A stretch of DNA of 64,000 nucleotides from Mobula hypostoma (Eukaryota), in NCBI RefSeq assembly GCF_963921235.1, contig NC_086097.1:43030001-43094000 (forward strand), given 5' to 3'. Below, one piece after another: positions 38,455 to 50,851 of the stretch (within the stretch, counting starts at the first letter, position 1; each line of letters opens with the position of its first letter). The position numbers and the translations under genes are program-made. The notes beneath the pieces were generated by a model. The model saw nothing but the letters and a program-made list of their open reading frames with translations, did no database searches and was not told the DNA's origin.

Positions 38455-40840
38455 TCCCATCCTCCTTTGCTCCAAAGAGAAAAGCCCTCGTTTGCTAAAT
38501 CTATCCCCTCTAGTCTAGACAGCATCCTGGTAAATCTCCTCTGCACCCTCTCTAAAACTTCTACATCCTTCTTAGAATGAAGCAGCCTGAACTGAACACA
38601 ATACTCCAAGTGTGGTCTAAACAGGGTTTTAAGGAGCTGCAATATTACCTCATGGCTCTTGAACTCAGTCACCTGACTAATGAAGTCCAAATTATCATAT
38701 GCCTTCTTAACAACCCTATCAGCTTGCATGGGTGCTTTGAGGGGTCTATGGACGTGGACCTCAAGATTCCGCTGTTCCTCCACACTGCCAAGAACCCTGC
38801 CATTGACCCTGTATTCTCCCTTCAAATTTGACCAACCAAAATGAATCATTTCACACTTTTTGGGTTGAATTCCTTCGGCTACTTCCCAACCCAGCTCTAC
38901 ATCCAGTCAATGTCCTGTTGCAACCTTTAACAACCCACCACACTACAAAACTCTATCAACCTTCAAGTCATTTGCAAACTTACTAACCTACTCTTCCAGT
39001 TCCTCATTCAAGTCATTGATTAAAGATAACAAAGAGTAGGGGTCCAAGAACAGATCCATTCAGAACACCACAGGTCGCCGATCTCAAGGCAGAATACTCT
39101 ACATCATCTACTACACTCTGCTTTATACAGACCATCTAATTCTGTATCCACAGAGCCAGGTTTTCCTGCATTCCATGCCATCTTTCTTTTTGAATGAGGC
39201 TACCATGGGAACCTTATCAAATATCTTACTAAAATCCATATATACCGCATCTACTCCTCTGCCTTCATTAATGTGCTTTGTTGCACTCAGGAAGAATTAA
39301 ATCAGGCTTGTGAGGCATGACCTGCCACTCACAAAGCTATGCTGACTATCCCTAATCAGACTGCTTTTCTAAATACTTGTAAATCCTGTCTCTAGGAACA
39401 CTCTCCAATAATTTGTCCACCACTGAATTAAGACTCACGGCTTTATAATTCCCAGGGTTATCCCTTCTTCCTTGAACAAAGGAAATAACATTTACCACCC
39501 TAAAATCATCTGGTATTACTCCTTGTGTCACCTTGTGATGGCACAAAGATCATCGTCAGAGGTGCAGCGATCTCTTCCTTTGCTTCCTATAATAAGCTGG
39601 AGTACACAGTAATACACAAAATGCTGGAGAAACTCAGCAGGCCAGGCAGCATCTAGTAAAATAGTATAGTCGACATTTCGGGCCGAAACCCTTCCCAGTC
39701 CCGTCAAAGGGTTTCGGCCCGAAACATCAACTGTACTTTTTTCACAGATGCTACCTGGCCTGCTGAGTGCCTCCAGTATTTTGTGTATGCGTTGCTTGAA
39801 TTTCCAGCATCTGCAGATTTTCTTTTGTTTGCGATTGGAGTATACAACATCTTGTTTGGCCCTGGGGACTTATCTAGCTTAATGTTTTAGCTCATCCTCT
39901 TTCTTAATGTCAGCACGTTCAAGCATATCGGCCTGTTTTATGCTGTCCTCACAAATGTCATGGTCTCTCTTTGGTGAATACTGAAGCAAAGTATTCCTTA
40001 AGGACCTCTCCTACTTCCTCCAACTCCAGGCACATGTTTCCCACACTATCCCTGATCGGTCCTACCCTCATTCTGTTCTTCATATATGTGTAGGTTTTCC
40101 TTAATCCTGCTCACCGAGGCCTTCTCATTGTACTTCCTAGCTCTCCTAAGTCCACTATTCGGCTCCTTTCTGCTACCTTGTAACACTCTAGAGCCCTGTC
40201 TGATCCTTGCTTCCTAAATCTGAAGTATGCTTCTTTCTTCCTCTTTACTAGATGTTTCACATTTCTTGTCAACCTTGGTTCCTTCACCCTCGTATCCTTT
40301 CCCTACCTAAATGGGACAAACCTATCCAGAACCCCTAGCAAATGCTTACTGAATAGCCTCTACATTTCTGTTGTGTCTTGCCCTGAGTGTCCCGATGAAA
40401 TGCTTTCCCATACCATCTGCCCCAATTCTTCTTCAAGGCTATATTGTAGCTCACTGTCTTCAAAATGCTCTTCCATTAAGGGATTGGACACCTGACCTGC
40501 TTCATTGCTTAGCATGTATCCAATATGGCCTCTCCTAGTGTCAGCTCAACTACATATTGTATCAGGAATACTTCCTGAACATGCCTAACAAATTCTGCCT
40601 CATCTAAACCTTTTGCATTAAGGAGGTCCAATCAAAATTAGGGAAGTTAAAATCCCTCGTGACAACAAACCTGTTATTTTTGCATCTTTCCAAAATCTGC
40701 CTCACTGTCTGTTCCTCGGTGTCTATTGCTATTGGGATTTTATAGAATATTCCCAATAGACTGATTGTTCCCTTCTTGTTTCTAACTTCCACCCACACTG
40801 ACTCAGTGCAGAATCTCTCCATGATGTCCTCCCTTTCTGC
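38455..40840 (-). mobile_element. Degenerate CR1 ORF2
   Basis: ORFs 38442-38849, 39352-39546 and 40604-40909 (ESVWVEVRNKKG, DFNFPNFDW). Confidence 0.85.
39609..39835 (+). mobile_element. Palindromic Penelope-derived insert with decayed hammerhead core
   Basis: Inverted arms, GGGTTTCGGCCCGAAAC, TSD TGGAGTA(C/T)ACA. Confidence 0.75.
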
Positions 40841-40844
40841 AGTT

Positions 40845-41080
40845 GAATGCCTTTGAATTGTGGTGAATCTGGAATTCATTGTCACGGATGGTTGTGGAGG
40901 CCAATTCATTTGGTATATTTTATATTTAAAGCAGAGGTTGATTGGTTCTTGATTAATACGAGCATCAGAGGTTATGGGGAGAAGTCAGGGGAATGGGTTT
41001 CAGAGGGATAATAAATCAGCCTTAATAGAATGGCAGAGCAAACTCTGGCCTAATTCTGCTCCTATGTCTAATGGTCTTAA
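40845..41080 (+). mobile_element. CR1 3' end
   Basis: Homologous to 7700-7935. Confidence 0.7.
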
Positions 41081-41185
41081 AAGGTAACACTTTAACAATC
41101 ATATTTGTCAGGAATTGTTATTTGGCAGTGTATATTTTTAAGTAGCACAAAACCTCCAAAAATAAACTGCCAATGGGACATTGAC

Positions 41186-41312
41186 TGGAGAAGGGTCTCG
41201 GCTTGAAACGTCGACTGCACCTCTTCCTAGAGATGCTGCCTGGCCTGCTGCGTTCACCAGCAACTTTTATGTGTGTTGCCTGAATTTCCAGCATCTGCAG
41301 AATTCCTGTTGT
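41186..41312 (+). mobile_element. Single arm of the Penelope-derived repeat
   Basis: GAAGGGTCTCGGCTTGAAACGTCGACTG...CCAGCATCTGCAGAATT, as in 11135-11255. Confidence 0.8.
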
Positions 41313-41404
41313 TTAAGTTTTAAGATCAATATATTTTCTTTCTTGATTTTTATTTGTATTGCCGTTTTGAGCAATAAATAACAAATCAATCGGGTCTAAG
41401 CAAA

Positions 41405-41800
41405 TTATAAGACATAGGAGCAGAATTAGGCTATTCAATCCATTGACCCTGCTTTGCCATTCCATCATGGCTGATTTATTATCCCTCTCAAACCCATTCT
41501 CCTGCCTTGTCCCCTTAACTTTTGATGCCCTCCTTGATTAACCAAGAACCTATTAACCTCCACTTTAAATATACTGAATGACTTGGCCTCCACAGCAATG
41601 ATTTACAGAATTAGCACCATCTTGCTAAAGAAATTGCTTCTCATCTCCTTTCTAAATGGATGTCCCTCTATTCTGAGGCTATGCCCTCTTATCCTAGTCA
41701 CCCACTATTGGAAACATCCTCTCCACATCCACTCCTATCTAGGCCTTTCAATGAGATCCCTCCTCATTCTTCTAAACTCCAGTGAGTACAGGCCTAGAGT
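41405..41800 (-). mobile_element. CR1 3' end
   Basis: Reverse complement of a CR1 3' UTR and ORF end. Confidence 0.7.
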
Positions 41801-42199
41801 ATATTTATCATGATGGAAATTCCTACTTGAGTAGATTTGCTAATATTAGCATGGCAAATGTAATGTAAAGAGTCAAGACTGGACCAGTGAATACTTAATG
41901 GTATTAAGTTTATTTAAAGAAATAGAAATTTCCTTCCATTAGTTTTTTTTTAAGTCCCCTCGCTACCAATAGTTCTTTTGCACCTCTACAAACTTGCATT
42001 TCAAATTCCCATATGAGAAGCAGGGAATGCGCATTGTTTAGGAACCCCATTCTATTTCTTCCCAAAATCAAATCCAAATGTGTTATTGGCCTGCCTCCCC
42101 CTTTCTAGAAACATCAGGATCATTGTCCCCTATTTGCCCCAGTGGAGGAGAAGGCTTGTGGCTTTTGTCTGAGGAAAATAATGAACGAACGAGAAAGAA

Positions 42200-42507
42200 G
42201 ATGCACGCGCAGCAAGCAGCAGTTCAACCGCACCACATTACCCGCCCCCGCCCCCGGGCGACCCGGGCCGGCACGGGCCGGCGAGTCGACTCGCGCGCCG
42301 GTTTTCCCTCTGCGATGCTGGCTCATGCTGCTCCACATTGTCGACGTCTGATTGGCCAAGACTCTCAAAGGCCGTCCTTGATTGGCTGCGTGGAGCATTG
42401 AGCGCGGGCTGAGGGAAATGCGGCTGCGATGGGTGTGATTGGGCGGTGGGGGGTCCGTCGACAATTGGGCAAGTGCGGTGGTGAAGAAACATCTGGCCTA
42501 GCTTAAA
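42200..42507 (+). promoter_or_regulatory. CpG-island promoter of exon 1b with four inverted CCAAT boxes and GC boxes
   Basis: ATTGG at 42351, 42381, 42438 and 42464; CCCGCCCCCGCCCC at 42241; GGGCGG at 42441; high CpG density. Confidence 0.75.
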
Positions 42508-42603
42508 ATGGCTGGATCCCAGTATTGGTCTCGGAGAATACAGGAAAATCATCACCACGCGGTATTTAGTAACGGATTCCTTTACGTATGGGGAGGTTAT
42601 GTG
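42508..42603 (+). CDS. KLHDC1: KLHDC1 alternative duplicated first coding exon (exon 1b): MAGSQYWSRRIQENHHHAVFSNGFLYVWGGYV
   Basis: ATG in strong context (AAAATGG), exactly 96 nt like exon 1a, ends LYVWGGYV|gtaagt (phase 0), no stops, directly downstream of a CCAAT/GC-box CpG island. Confidence 0.82.
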
Positions 42604-44019
42604 GTAAGTATTACTCATTTCGTCCAGTTAAAACTGTACCGGTGTCTTCTTGTGGGTCTGTTCATTTTTTAAAAATGTAACCTACTTTTCAATTGTGCCG
42701 TTTATATGTGTGCACCAGTATTGGAGAAGAGCACGTAAAGAATTGCAGGTCGCCGCCTTGTGAAACTTTACATTCGGGAATGGTTTACGGTGTTGCTCAT
42801 GAAGTCCTCCAGGTCTGCATCCACATCGTTTCTTTGTGGCGTCGATTTGTCTCAGAAAATTAAACCGTTTGATTTACGATGTTGCTTGAAAATGAGAGAT
42901 CAATTCGACTTGTATAGTTTGAACCGTGTGGTGTCAAAGTTCCATTGCAAAATGTCTTGAAGCAAGTTCATCTGTTGAGTTTGAAGTAAAAGAAAATCAC
43001 TTACGCGACGTTAAGTAATTGTATAGCGAGGAATCATAAATTTAGTCAAGGTTCTATAACTTGGGTCAGTACTAAATCATGAAAGAGCGCATTTTATTTC
43101 TTGCCAGACATAGAATTGGGTAATAAATTTGTCTATTTAAAGATGTTACTGTATTCATGTGTTAATGTAATTAAAACAGTTGAATCTGTTTGTGATGTCA
43201 TGAAAGGGAGCTTGTTATAGCAAACTGGTTAATATAAATATGAAAACTTTTTTTTCATACAAATATAGCAGTTCCTATATTGTAAAGTAATAATAAAAGA
43301 ATTGACTTTCACGTCTTCAGCCCTAAGTTTCAGAACGGCCTCCGATGAGAGCAAACAGATTATAAAATTTATACTTGTTTAATTTGAGTTAATATTGGTT
43401 TAACCATGTTGTAGAGAATCAATAAATGGTTTTTACCCATCAATTTGAGTGCTTATCCTTGTTGATAATGTTTTATATGTGAATAAAAGACCGAAATGTT
43501 GACATGCTTGTTACCTACCTTGTGGATTATTTTGCTTTTCCGTTCATGTCAGCATAGGTTTGCCCGCCCTTCAGGATTTTCCTTTAGATCTAGAAGTTAA
43601 TAATCTGGGCATTACTACAAGCAACTTTAAGCAATATTCTGAAAGCTGAAACGAAAGTGGGAAAGTGGTTATTTGGATTAGGCCGTTCTGGGAATTAACA
43701 GTATAAGAACATAAATAATAGCCACTTTAAATTATTTGACCCAAGCGATCATGTTTCATCTTTCCTTAGTTTGATCCCCGTGCATGCAGATTTTTTAAAA
43801 AAACTTGAGCCTCAAATTTTGAGACTGTGACCCTTGCATCTATTCCATCAAGCCCCTTAGGAATTTTGTCCGTTTTAATACAATCACTTCTGTCCTTCTA
43901 AGTTCAACCATGGGCCCAGTTCACTTAATTTCTATGGGGCAAGCCTCTCCAGAAATCAGTCTTCACTAAGTGAACCTTTACTGCATTCTATTTCATTATT
44001 TGGGGAATTGCATTCCAAA

Positions 44020-44480
44020 ACTGCAAGGTAATGTTGCAGCTGTATAAAACCACACTTATAATATTGTGTTCACTTCTGGTTGCCTCATTATAAGAAGGTT
44101 ATGGAAGCTTGGAGAAGCTGCAGAGGAGACTTACCAGGATGCTGTCTAGACGAGAGGGTATATTTTATGACGATAGGTTGAGTGAGTTAGGACTTTTCTC
44201 TTTGGAGCAAAGGAGGATGAAAGATGACCTGATAGTGATATACAAGATGAGAAGAGGCATAGATGGAGCGATAGGCCAGAGATTTATTTTACGGGGGGGG
44301 GGGGGGTGATGGTAAAGGCAGATACATTTAGGGACATTTAAGAAACTCTTAGATAGCTCATTTTTTCTATCATCCATGGGCCTATGTAGGAGGGAAGGAT
44401 TACATTGATCTTAGAGTAGGTTAAAAGGTCAGCACAACATTGTGATACAAGTGGCCTGTAGTGTGCTGTGATGCTCTATG
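44020..44480 (+). mobile_element. Old CR1 3' fragment
   Basis: EKLQRRLTRML...LGLFSLEQRRMKDDL. Confidence 0.75.
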
Positions 44481-44549
44481 AATAGAGATCAGTCATTTCA
44501 GTGTTCTCAACAGGGCCCTGTATAATTACACCAAGTCTGTGGGTGACAG

Positions 44550-44860
44550 CAGGGCAGCATAGTCATGCAGCTAGTAGTCATTTTCTCACAGTGCCAGTGA
44601 CCTGAGTTTATTCCTGACCTCCAGTTCAGTATATGTGGATTTTGCAAGTTCTTCCTGTGATTGTGTGGGTTTTCTCCTACATTTCAAAGGTGTGTAGGTT
44701 AGATTAATTGGTGACTATAAATCGCCTCTAGTGTATAGGAATGGGAGCATCAGGAAGGAATATGTAGGAAGAACAAAATCTGGGGAATAAATGTATGGTA
44801 ATGTAAATAGCATGGACAAGGTGGGTCAAAGGTCCCGTTCCCATTGTTGTATCTATGACT
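44550..44860 (+). mobile_element. V-SINE/HE1-like tRNA-derived SINE
   Basis: Decayed tRNA head, GTGTGGGTTTTCTCC...AGGTTAGATTAATTGG core and CR1-like tail. Confidence 0.55.
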
Positions 44861-45810
44861 CTTAAGTTCTTGCATTGAAGTCTAATGTACCACTTGCTAT
44901 TGTGTACAACCCGTATTGTAATGCTGCCTGGTACCAACAAGAAATATGAGTACATTATACTATACTTGGTCCCTTCATCCCAATCATTGATAAAGCCCGT
45001 TGAATAGCTGGAGCACAGACATTAATCAATGTGGCACCTGTTGGTTACAACCTTTCAACCTAAAGTTATTCTTACTCTGCAACATCAAATAATTATTCCA
45101 AGTAGAATTAAATTAAAACCTTTAAGAATAAAATGGCTGACTTGGAGAGAACGTTAATTTTAAGTTGAGAGTATTCAATAGTTGCCAAAATAAAAATAAT
45201 TTTCTATCTGCAGCTCTACTTGTACAATATTTAATCTAGCCTAAGGACAGAAGATCTTGCATTTGCATTATTTTTAGGATTTCAGGATTTCCAAAAATTC
45301 TTTACAGGCAATGAAGTACTTTTGAATGCCTTAATAAATGATCTAAATGTGGTATAAAAATTCACAGAGCACAGACTCACAAAGAGTTTTCCTTCCAGTT
45401 AATTAGAAATTATAGTGTATGACCATCTTGTTTAGCCAAGGAAAATGCTATTGTAACTTAAATCACAATATTGTAAAATGTACTTCAGATTTGAAAGATT
45501 TACATCCTGAAGAAAGTTGATGTGGAAAATAATGATATATAGGTATAATTTATGCTAGTAGAAAACTACATAGGCAATCAGCTAAACGTGTGGAATTTTA
45601 CAATATGGAAGTTTTAATTATGATCAAGTGTGTATTAATTATCCTTAATAGAATGTTTCAGAAAATCTGATAAGTACCTGTTTATTTTGCATCTTTGCCC
45701 ATCTATCTAAACCAATAGCAATTCTTGAAAAGGATCATCTTGAATATTATACTCTGAAATTTTCATTCCCGTATTTTGTGTAGTACAAAATCAGCAATTA
45801 AAATTGAATA

Positions 45811-45920
45811 CAGGTTGAGTACTCCTTATCCAAAATGCTCAGGGACTGAAGTGTTTCGGATTTTGGACTCTGCTGTATAATGAGATAGCTTGGGATTGCC
45901 ATCATTTTTGACTCTGAATT
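45811..45920 (+). mobile_element. Tigger/pogo-type terminal fragment
   Basis: TA-CAGGTTGAGTACTCCTTATCCAAAATGCTCAGGGACTGAAGTGTTTCGGATTT resembles recalled Tigger4/Zombi-type termini; other end not found. Confidence 0.5.
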
Positions 45921-46258
45921 TATGAATTTACTTGTATTAAGTTTTTAATAAATTTTGAAGAACCACGCTTCACTCTAGTGTCTAGTAGATTAGAACATGA
46001 TTAACCATTTTGGAGTGAAGAACTGGGTTTAGCAAAGTTACATCAGACCCAACAACGAGCTGATTATCTTTCTGTTTTACTATTTTCACAGTATGCTTTA
46101 ATGGAAATTTTTAATGTTGCGAGTACATTTTTTGTTTCTCCTTCCCAAATTATTCTTTTGCTTTTTAAAAAAACATTGTTTTTGTTCAATACCAATTTAA
46201 TAATGAAAGATATAAGTTATCACAGTGATTATAGGAAGGTGTAACTTTTTTATTGCAG

Positions 46259-46329
46259 ACATATGAAAATAATGAAGTTTATTTACCCAATGATGAAATC
46301 TGGGTTTATGAAATTGAAAGTGGTGTGTG
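46259..46329 (+). CDS. KLHDC1: KLHDC1 exon 2: TYENNEVYLPNDEIWVYEIESGV(W)
   Basis: Acceptor ttttttattgcag, 71 nt, donor TG|gtaagc. Matches recalled KLHDC1 SIEDNEVYLPNDEIWTYDIDSGLW. In frame with either first exon. Confidence 0.95.
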
Positions 46330-49300
46330 GTAAGCAACTTCCTCTTACAAACTTTTTTGTATTGCATTGCTTTGAGTGTTTCCCGTAATAGCAGTTAGTC
46401 CATTGTTTAATGCAGCAAGTGAATTGTATTAATGTTTCTCATGACTGAAGTAAAGTTGTTTCCTGTCGATAATAACAAACAATGCAAGTATCATGAGCAA
46501 GAATTTGTTGCAGAAGCAACAGGATGAATTGTATTTACCGTTATTAATGCATATATTAGAACATCACTGCACACTTCAACATATCCAGAAGTTGTCATCC
46601 ATTTGTAAATTGTGCGGCTATGTTATTTACACAGAGCAGTGAATGCATGGAACACACTGCCAGGGTGGTTGGTAGAGGCAATTACATTAGGGGTATTTAA
46701 GAAACTCCTAGGCACATAATGTTAGAAAAATGGAGGTCTCTGTAGGAAAGAAGGTTTAGATTGATTGTAAAGTCAGCTAAAAGGTCGGCACAATATTGTG
46801 GGCTGAAGGCCCTGTGCCTTGCTGTAGTGTTTTATGTTAGATATCTGAAATAAAATCATTTTACATAAATCTTAAATAAAAATAAGGAAATTTTGGCCTT
46901 TTCAGATTTCTTGTAAATAAAATGTACAAAATCCTAAGTAGTTGACTGGGTTGACACATCTTTTTTTGCAAAAATGTGAAACTAGCAGTCACTTTCACCA
47001 GATTTAGGCCTGTTTTTAGATAGATAAGACTTTTATTTGAGTGTTGTTGAGTCTTTGGAATTCTTTGTTAAAAGCTAGTGAAGTCAAAATATTTTTTGAA
47101 GGAAATCCTTGCTAAACATAGAGGTAAAAGGAGTAAGAAAGAGGGAATATGTCAGAATTAGATCAGTCATTTTCTTATTGACAATAACAGCAGACATAAG
47201 GGAGTGAATGGTAAGCGATTTGTTTTATCATGTCAAGATGGTGATGGTAATGAACATCATTTGATGTTTAAATGATGATGGATGGCGTTTACTATATTAA
47301 AGACAAATAATCTTACCATTCCTGCTACAGATGAATGGGCCTTGTGAACTAGTTAACTGGACATCCAATGGAATTGTTGCTGATGAGCAGATCTATGTTC
47401 TGTTTACTCTTTGCACAATATTGTTTGATGACGGGGGGGGAAAAGTGGAAGAAATAATCTTGGATGAGTAGTGCAGCCATTCAGGCTTTTTAAGTTGTCA
47501 CAATTGTAAGATTGGCCATAGGAAATCTGAGGGTTCTAAAAAGTATTCAGATAGGTAAGATCAAAAGCAATATAAGATTACATTTATCTTCAGCATTACT
47601 TCCAAGGATAACAATAATGAGACTTTTGGCTACTCTAAAGCTTGGAGAAGTTTTCTTATCCCTCAGCATGAACTTGCATAAAGGTATCTTTGATGCTAAA
47701 CACTTGCTTCAGTGTCCGCCTTCCTTGATAATTCACTTAAGCTCTACTTTGGAAAGGTTTCATTCTCATGTAGTCTGTACTGCAGTGATACTAATATATG
47801 CATGTTTGCTCACTTCTTTGAAGCATTCAGATCAGTCATGCTGCCCTTGAAGATTTCAGAACCTTTAAAAAAACAATAAAAATATATTTTTTGATAAAGA
47901 GAGCATAGAATAAAGGAGGTTTGTGCTGTTCATAACAAATGTATCAAATGTACAATTCACATCTATAAAAGAGATGCACCCATTGTACAGTCATGTTTTA
48001 GTTGCCTCCCTGCCCCGACCCACTCCTCCCAATCTCCATCTCCAAGCCATCATTGCATTAGCAAAAAGGGTTAAACAGAACCTTTGTCCCCACAGAGCTG
48101 CACTGGTATAGAGAAGGTGTATTTTCCTAACACATAGACTGTTGTATGTTTACAAGTCTGGGTCCGTAGAATTTTACCGGGAAATGCTGGAGGTCAGGGA
48201 TTTACGTGCGGAGGAAAGGAAGAAAGGATGGACCTTTAGTTTGGCTGGGAATTCTGAAAATATTCAAGAAAGGGTCCCCACACCTTTTGGAACTTTATGT
48301 CCGAGTTGAGAATTGAATAATGAATCTTCTCTGGGTATAGACCGGACATGATGTCCCTGAACCACTGTGGGTGGGTGGGGCAGCATCCCTCCACCTGAGC
48401 AAGACTGCGCACCTGGCCAAAAGAGAGGCAAAAGACAGCGTGCTACGTTTGGTGGGACTTAGGTGCGTGTCCCCCTCTCCGGAGGTGCCAAAAAGAGCAA
48501 TCAAAGGGTTAGGTTCCAAATTATAATAGAGTTTGGAAAACATCATTCCAGTAGTTTTCCAAGCTAGGGCTTGTCCAGTGCATGTGAATAAGGGAAGCCT
48601 TGCCCCTTTTGCATTTGTCGCAGCAGGGATTAACATCTGGGTAAATGTGAGATAATTTAGTTTTAGACGTATGGGTCTTGTGTACAACCTTGAACTGTAA
48701 CAAGCAGTGGCAGGCACATAAAGAGGTTGAGTTAACTAACTTGAGAACTGAATCCCAAACATTGCCTGACAGTGAGAAATTTGAATCTTGCTCCCAGGCA
48801 GTTTTAATTTTGTCAAGGGGGGGGCTCATCTCAGGACAGCTAACTTGTCGCAAATGGTAGATATTAGACCTTTGCGCAATGGATTCATGCAGAGAAACAT
48901 ATTAAAGACATTTATGTCAGGTGCCTCAGGGAAGTTTGATATCAAAGGGCTGAGAAAACATCTGATTTGCAGATATCTGAAGAAATGAGTGTTGAGTAGG
49001 TTAAACTTTGCAGACAGTTGTTCAAATGATACAAAGCAGTTGTCTATAAAAAGATCTTTAAAGCGCCTGATGCCCTTTCTGTACCAGTCTTGAAATGTTG
49101 GATCATGTATAGAAGGCTGGAAGAGATGACTATATAGAATAGGACTTGAAAGAGAGAAGCCATGGAGACCACTATGCTTCCTGAACTGCGCCCATACTCT
49201 CAGGGTGTGCCTGATAACAGGATTAACAATTGGTTTAGGCATAATAAAAGGGATTGCAGATCCAAGAAGTGCAGAGATGGAGAAATTCATAATGGAGTTC

Positions 49301-50772
49301 AGCTCCTTTGCCACCCATATTGGGCAGTCAGATTGGTTGTAAAAATGAGACCAAAAGATGAGACAGCGTACGTTAGCTGCCCAGTAATATAACCGGAGAT
49401 TGGGCAAAGCCGTGCCCCCAACACTTTTAGATTTTTGAAGATGGACTTTATTCAGTCGGGGACGCTTGCCTGTCCATAAGTAGAATGATATGACTGAGTC
49501 AAAGAAGGCTTTAGGAATAAAAGTTGGTATGGATTGAAAAAGGTACAGGAATTTAGGAAGGATGTTCATTTTGACAACATTAATTCGGCCCATCAGGGAC
49601 ATGGACAGAGGTGACCACTGTGCAAGGCTCTGTTTTGTATGATTTAACAGATTAATGAAATTTTCTCCAAAGAGACGCCTATGTTTCCTTGTTACTGTGA
49701 TGCCAAGGTAAGTAAATTGGTTATTCACTACCTTAAAGGGAGGTTATGGAACTCTGACGCTTGTGCTTCTCCATTTATAGGAAAAAGTTCACTCTTGTGT
49801 AAATTAAGTTTGTATCCTGAAAATTGGCTAAATTTGTTCAGGAGTGAGAACATGGGGGGTAAAGAGGTTGATCGGGTTTGATATAAAAAGCAAAAGATCG
49901 TCAGCATAAAGGGAGACTTCGTGCTCAACTCCCTCCCTCCAAATCCCCATCGGATACGCACAACTGCGGAACACAATCGCCAGTGGCTCTGGCCAGATCG
50001 AAAAGTAAAGAGCTTAAAAGGGTACTCTTGGCGGGTTCCATGTTTGAGGTTGAAAGGTTGGGATTGCTGAGAGTTGATCAAAACAGAGGCGGTGGGATGC
50101 GAATATAACAAATGATAAAACTTGGTCCAAAATCAAATTTTTCTAAAACAGCAAAGAGGTAATTCCATTCCACGTGGTCGAATACTTTCTCTGCGTCTAA
50201 GGCGATGACACATTCAGAGATCCCAGCTGAAGGTGAATATAAAATACTTAATAGACAGTGTATGTTTAAAAAAAAAAGGAGAGGCGGTTTTTGACAAAAC
50301 CAGTTTGGTCTTTGAAATAATTCAGGGCAGGATGTTCTCCAGTCTACGGGCCAAAACTTTAGCTAAGGATTTGACATCGACATTTAACAGAGAGATTGGC
50401 CTGTATGAGGAGCACTCTGTTGGATCTTTGCCTCTCTTCACTAAAAGAATGATGCATGCCTCATTAAATGATGCTGGCAGTTTACCTTGTTTAAACGAAT
50501 CAGATAGAACCAAGGTTAGTTGAGGTAAGAGCAGTGACGAAAATGATTTAAAGAATTCTACAGGGAACCCGTTGGGTCCTGGAGATTTACCAGTCTGCTG
50601 TAACGAAATGGCTGAGGATATTTCCTCTAATGATATTGGCTCATTCAGTCTCATTTTGAGATCAGGAGAAAGTGTGGGGATATTTAAGCTGTTTAAAAAA
50701 TTCTCGACTGAAATGTTGTCATTTGCGGATTCAGAAGTGTAAAGTCAGGAGTAAAATTCCTGAATGTAACTT

Positions 50773-50851
50773 TGGCGAGAGCAGGAGTTCGGCACGAACT
50801 AGAACGGCCGAGATGGCCTGTTTCCGTGCTGTAATTGTTATATGGTTATAT
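50773..50851 (+). mobile_element. Very short CR1-type 3' tail inserted in the L1
   Basis: GGCCGAGATGGCCTGTTTCCGTGCTGTAATTGTTATATGGTTATAT, same family as the piece inside the hAT copies. Confidence 0.65.

Noticed and set aside
42508..42603. Exon 1b as the first exon of KLHDC2
   Set aside because: Length, phase and the LYVWGGYV ending match KLHDC1 exon 1; KLHDC2 as recalled has a longer N-terminus and MFVWGGYK. The downstream exons are KLHDC1-like.
42078..42618. Overlapping Arg/Pro/Gly-rich ORFs on both strands
   Set aside because: By-product of GC-rich promoter composition; no recognisable domain.
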